A stretch of DNA of 32,518 nucleotides from Eubacteriales bacterium (GTDB lineage: Bacteria > Bacillota > Clostridia > Oscillospirales > CAG-382). This document shows positions 32,336-32,518 of the stretch, piece by piece (position 1 is the stretch's first letter; the number at the start of each line of letters is the position of its first letter). Below the pieces are notes generated by a model. The model did no database searches. It had not been told where the DNA came from and saw only the letters and a list, made by a program, of their open reading frames with translations. Where the stretch lies: contig JAQVQF010000002.1 of NCBI GenBank assembly GCA_028701715.1, forward strand, positions 1 to 32,518. Direction: 5' to 3'. The position numbers and the translations under genes were made by a program.

Positions 32336-32518
32336 ATGGCAACGGCATTTGTTATTTCCGAATTTAATCCGTTTCATCACGGACACAAATATCTTATCGA
32401 AACCCTTCACAGAGATTTTGATACGGTCGTATGCGTCATGTCGGGTAATTCCGTACAACGCGGCGAGGTTTCCTGCGCCGAAAAATATCATCGCGCGAGA
32501 ACGGCCGTTTATAACGGC
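32336..32518 (+). CDS. tmcAL: tRNA(Met) cytidine acetate ligase (YlbM/TmcAL-family nucleotidyltransferase), 5' fragment running off the window
   Basis: 61 in-frame codons run to the window end. MATAFVISEFNPFHHGHKYLIE...VMSGNSVQRGE matches the N-terminal HxGH nucleotidyltransferase block of this family. SD AGGTGA precedes the start. Confidence 0.75.
   Translation, partial: MATAFVISEFNPFHHGHKYLIETLHRDFDTVVCVMSGNSVQRGEVSCAEKYHRARTAVYNG

Noticed and set aside
1-32518. Scan for CRISPR repeats, tRNA/rRNA genes, IS elements or transposases, integrases, toxin-antitoxin pairs and classical defence genes (nucleases, helicases, methyltransferases)
   Set aside because: Nothing of the kind was seen. Intergenic regions are all 328 nt or shorter, and every long ORF is accounted for by metabolic, envelope or regulatory functions. 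The only defence-associated hallmark is the WYL regulator, treated above.

Overview
The window looks like a chromosomal segment from a low-to-mid GC Gram-positive anaerobe. A Clostridia-type Firmicute is my guess, based on gene content: rny-ymdB, tmcAL, a Cthe_2159-like lipoprotein, and lipobox lipoproteins with acidic tethers. I support about 30 CDS and found no rRNA, tRNA, CRISPR array, transposase, integrase or phage gene.

Confident housekeeping genes are pgk-tpiA (2302-4294, +), trxA (14053-14373, -), ogt (23664-24134, -), yajC, ymdB and rny (25576-28259, -), ackA (30878-32086, -) and the 5' end of tmcAL (32336 to the window edge, +).

Four accessory blocks sit between them and deserve a second look:
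1. An envelope-glycan locus at 4363-11009. It holds an AlgX/DHHW-like lipoprotein, two GT-C-like polytopic proteins and a UDP-galactopyranose-mutase-like flavoprotein.
2. A trxA / mini ferredoxin-thioredoxin-reductase-like / fused MacB-type ABC operon at 11069-14443, on the - strand.
3. A translationally coupled set at 14474-21229: a GH78-like hydrolase, an SGNH lipoprotein, a processive GT2 synthase and a WYL regulator.
4. The WYL regulator's downstream string of small VOC, DUF3795, YdeI-like and possibly AlkZ-related genes, which converges on ogt (20324-24134).

Blocks 3 and 4 together form a 10-gene co-directional array with no visible internal terminator. I consider this array the best candidate for an undescribed system. 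All functional calls come from motifs read by eye and from remembered family signatures. No database search was run.
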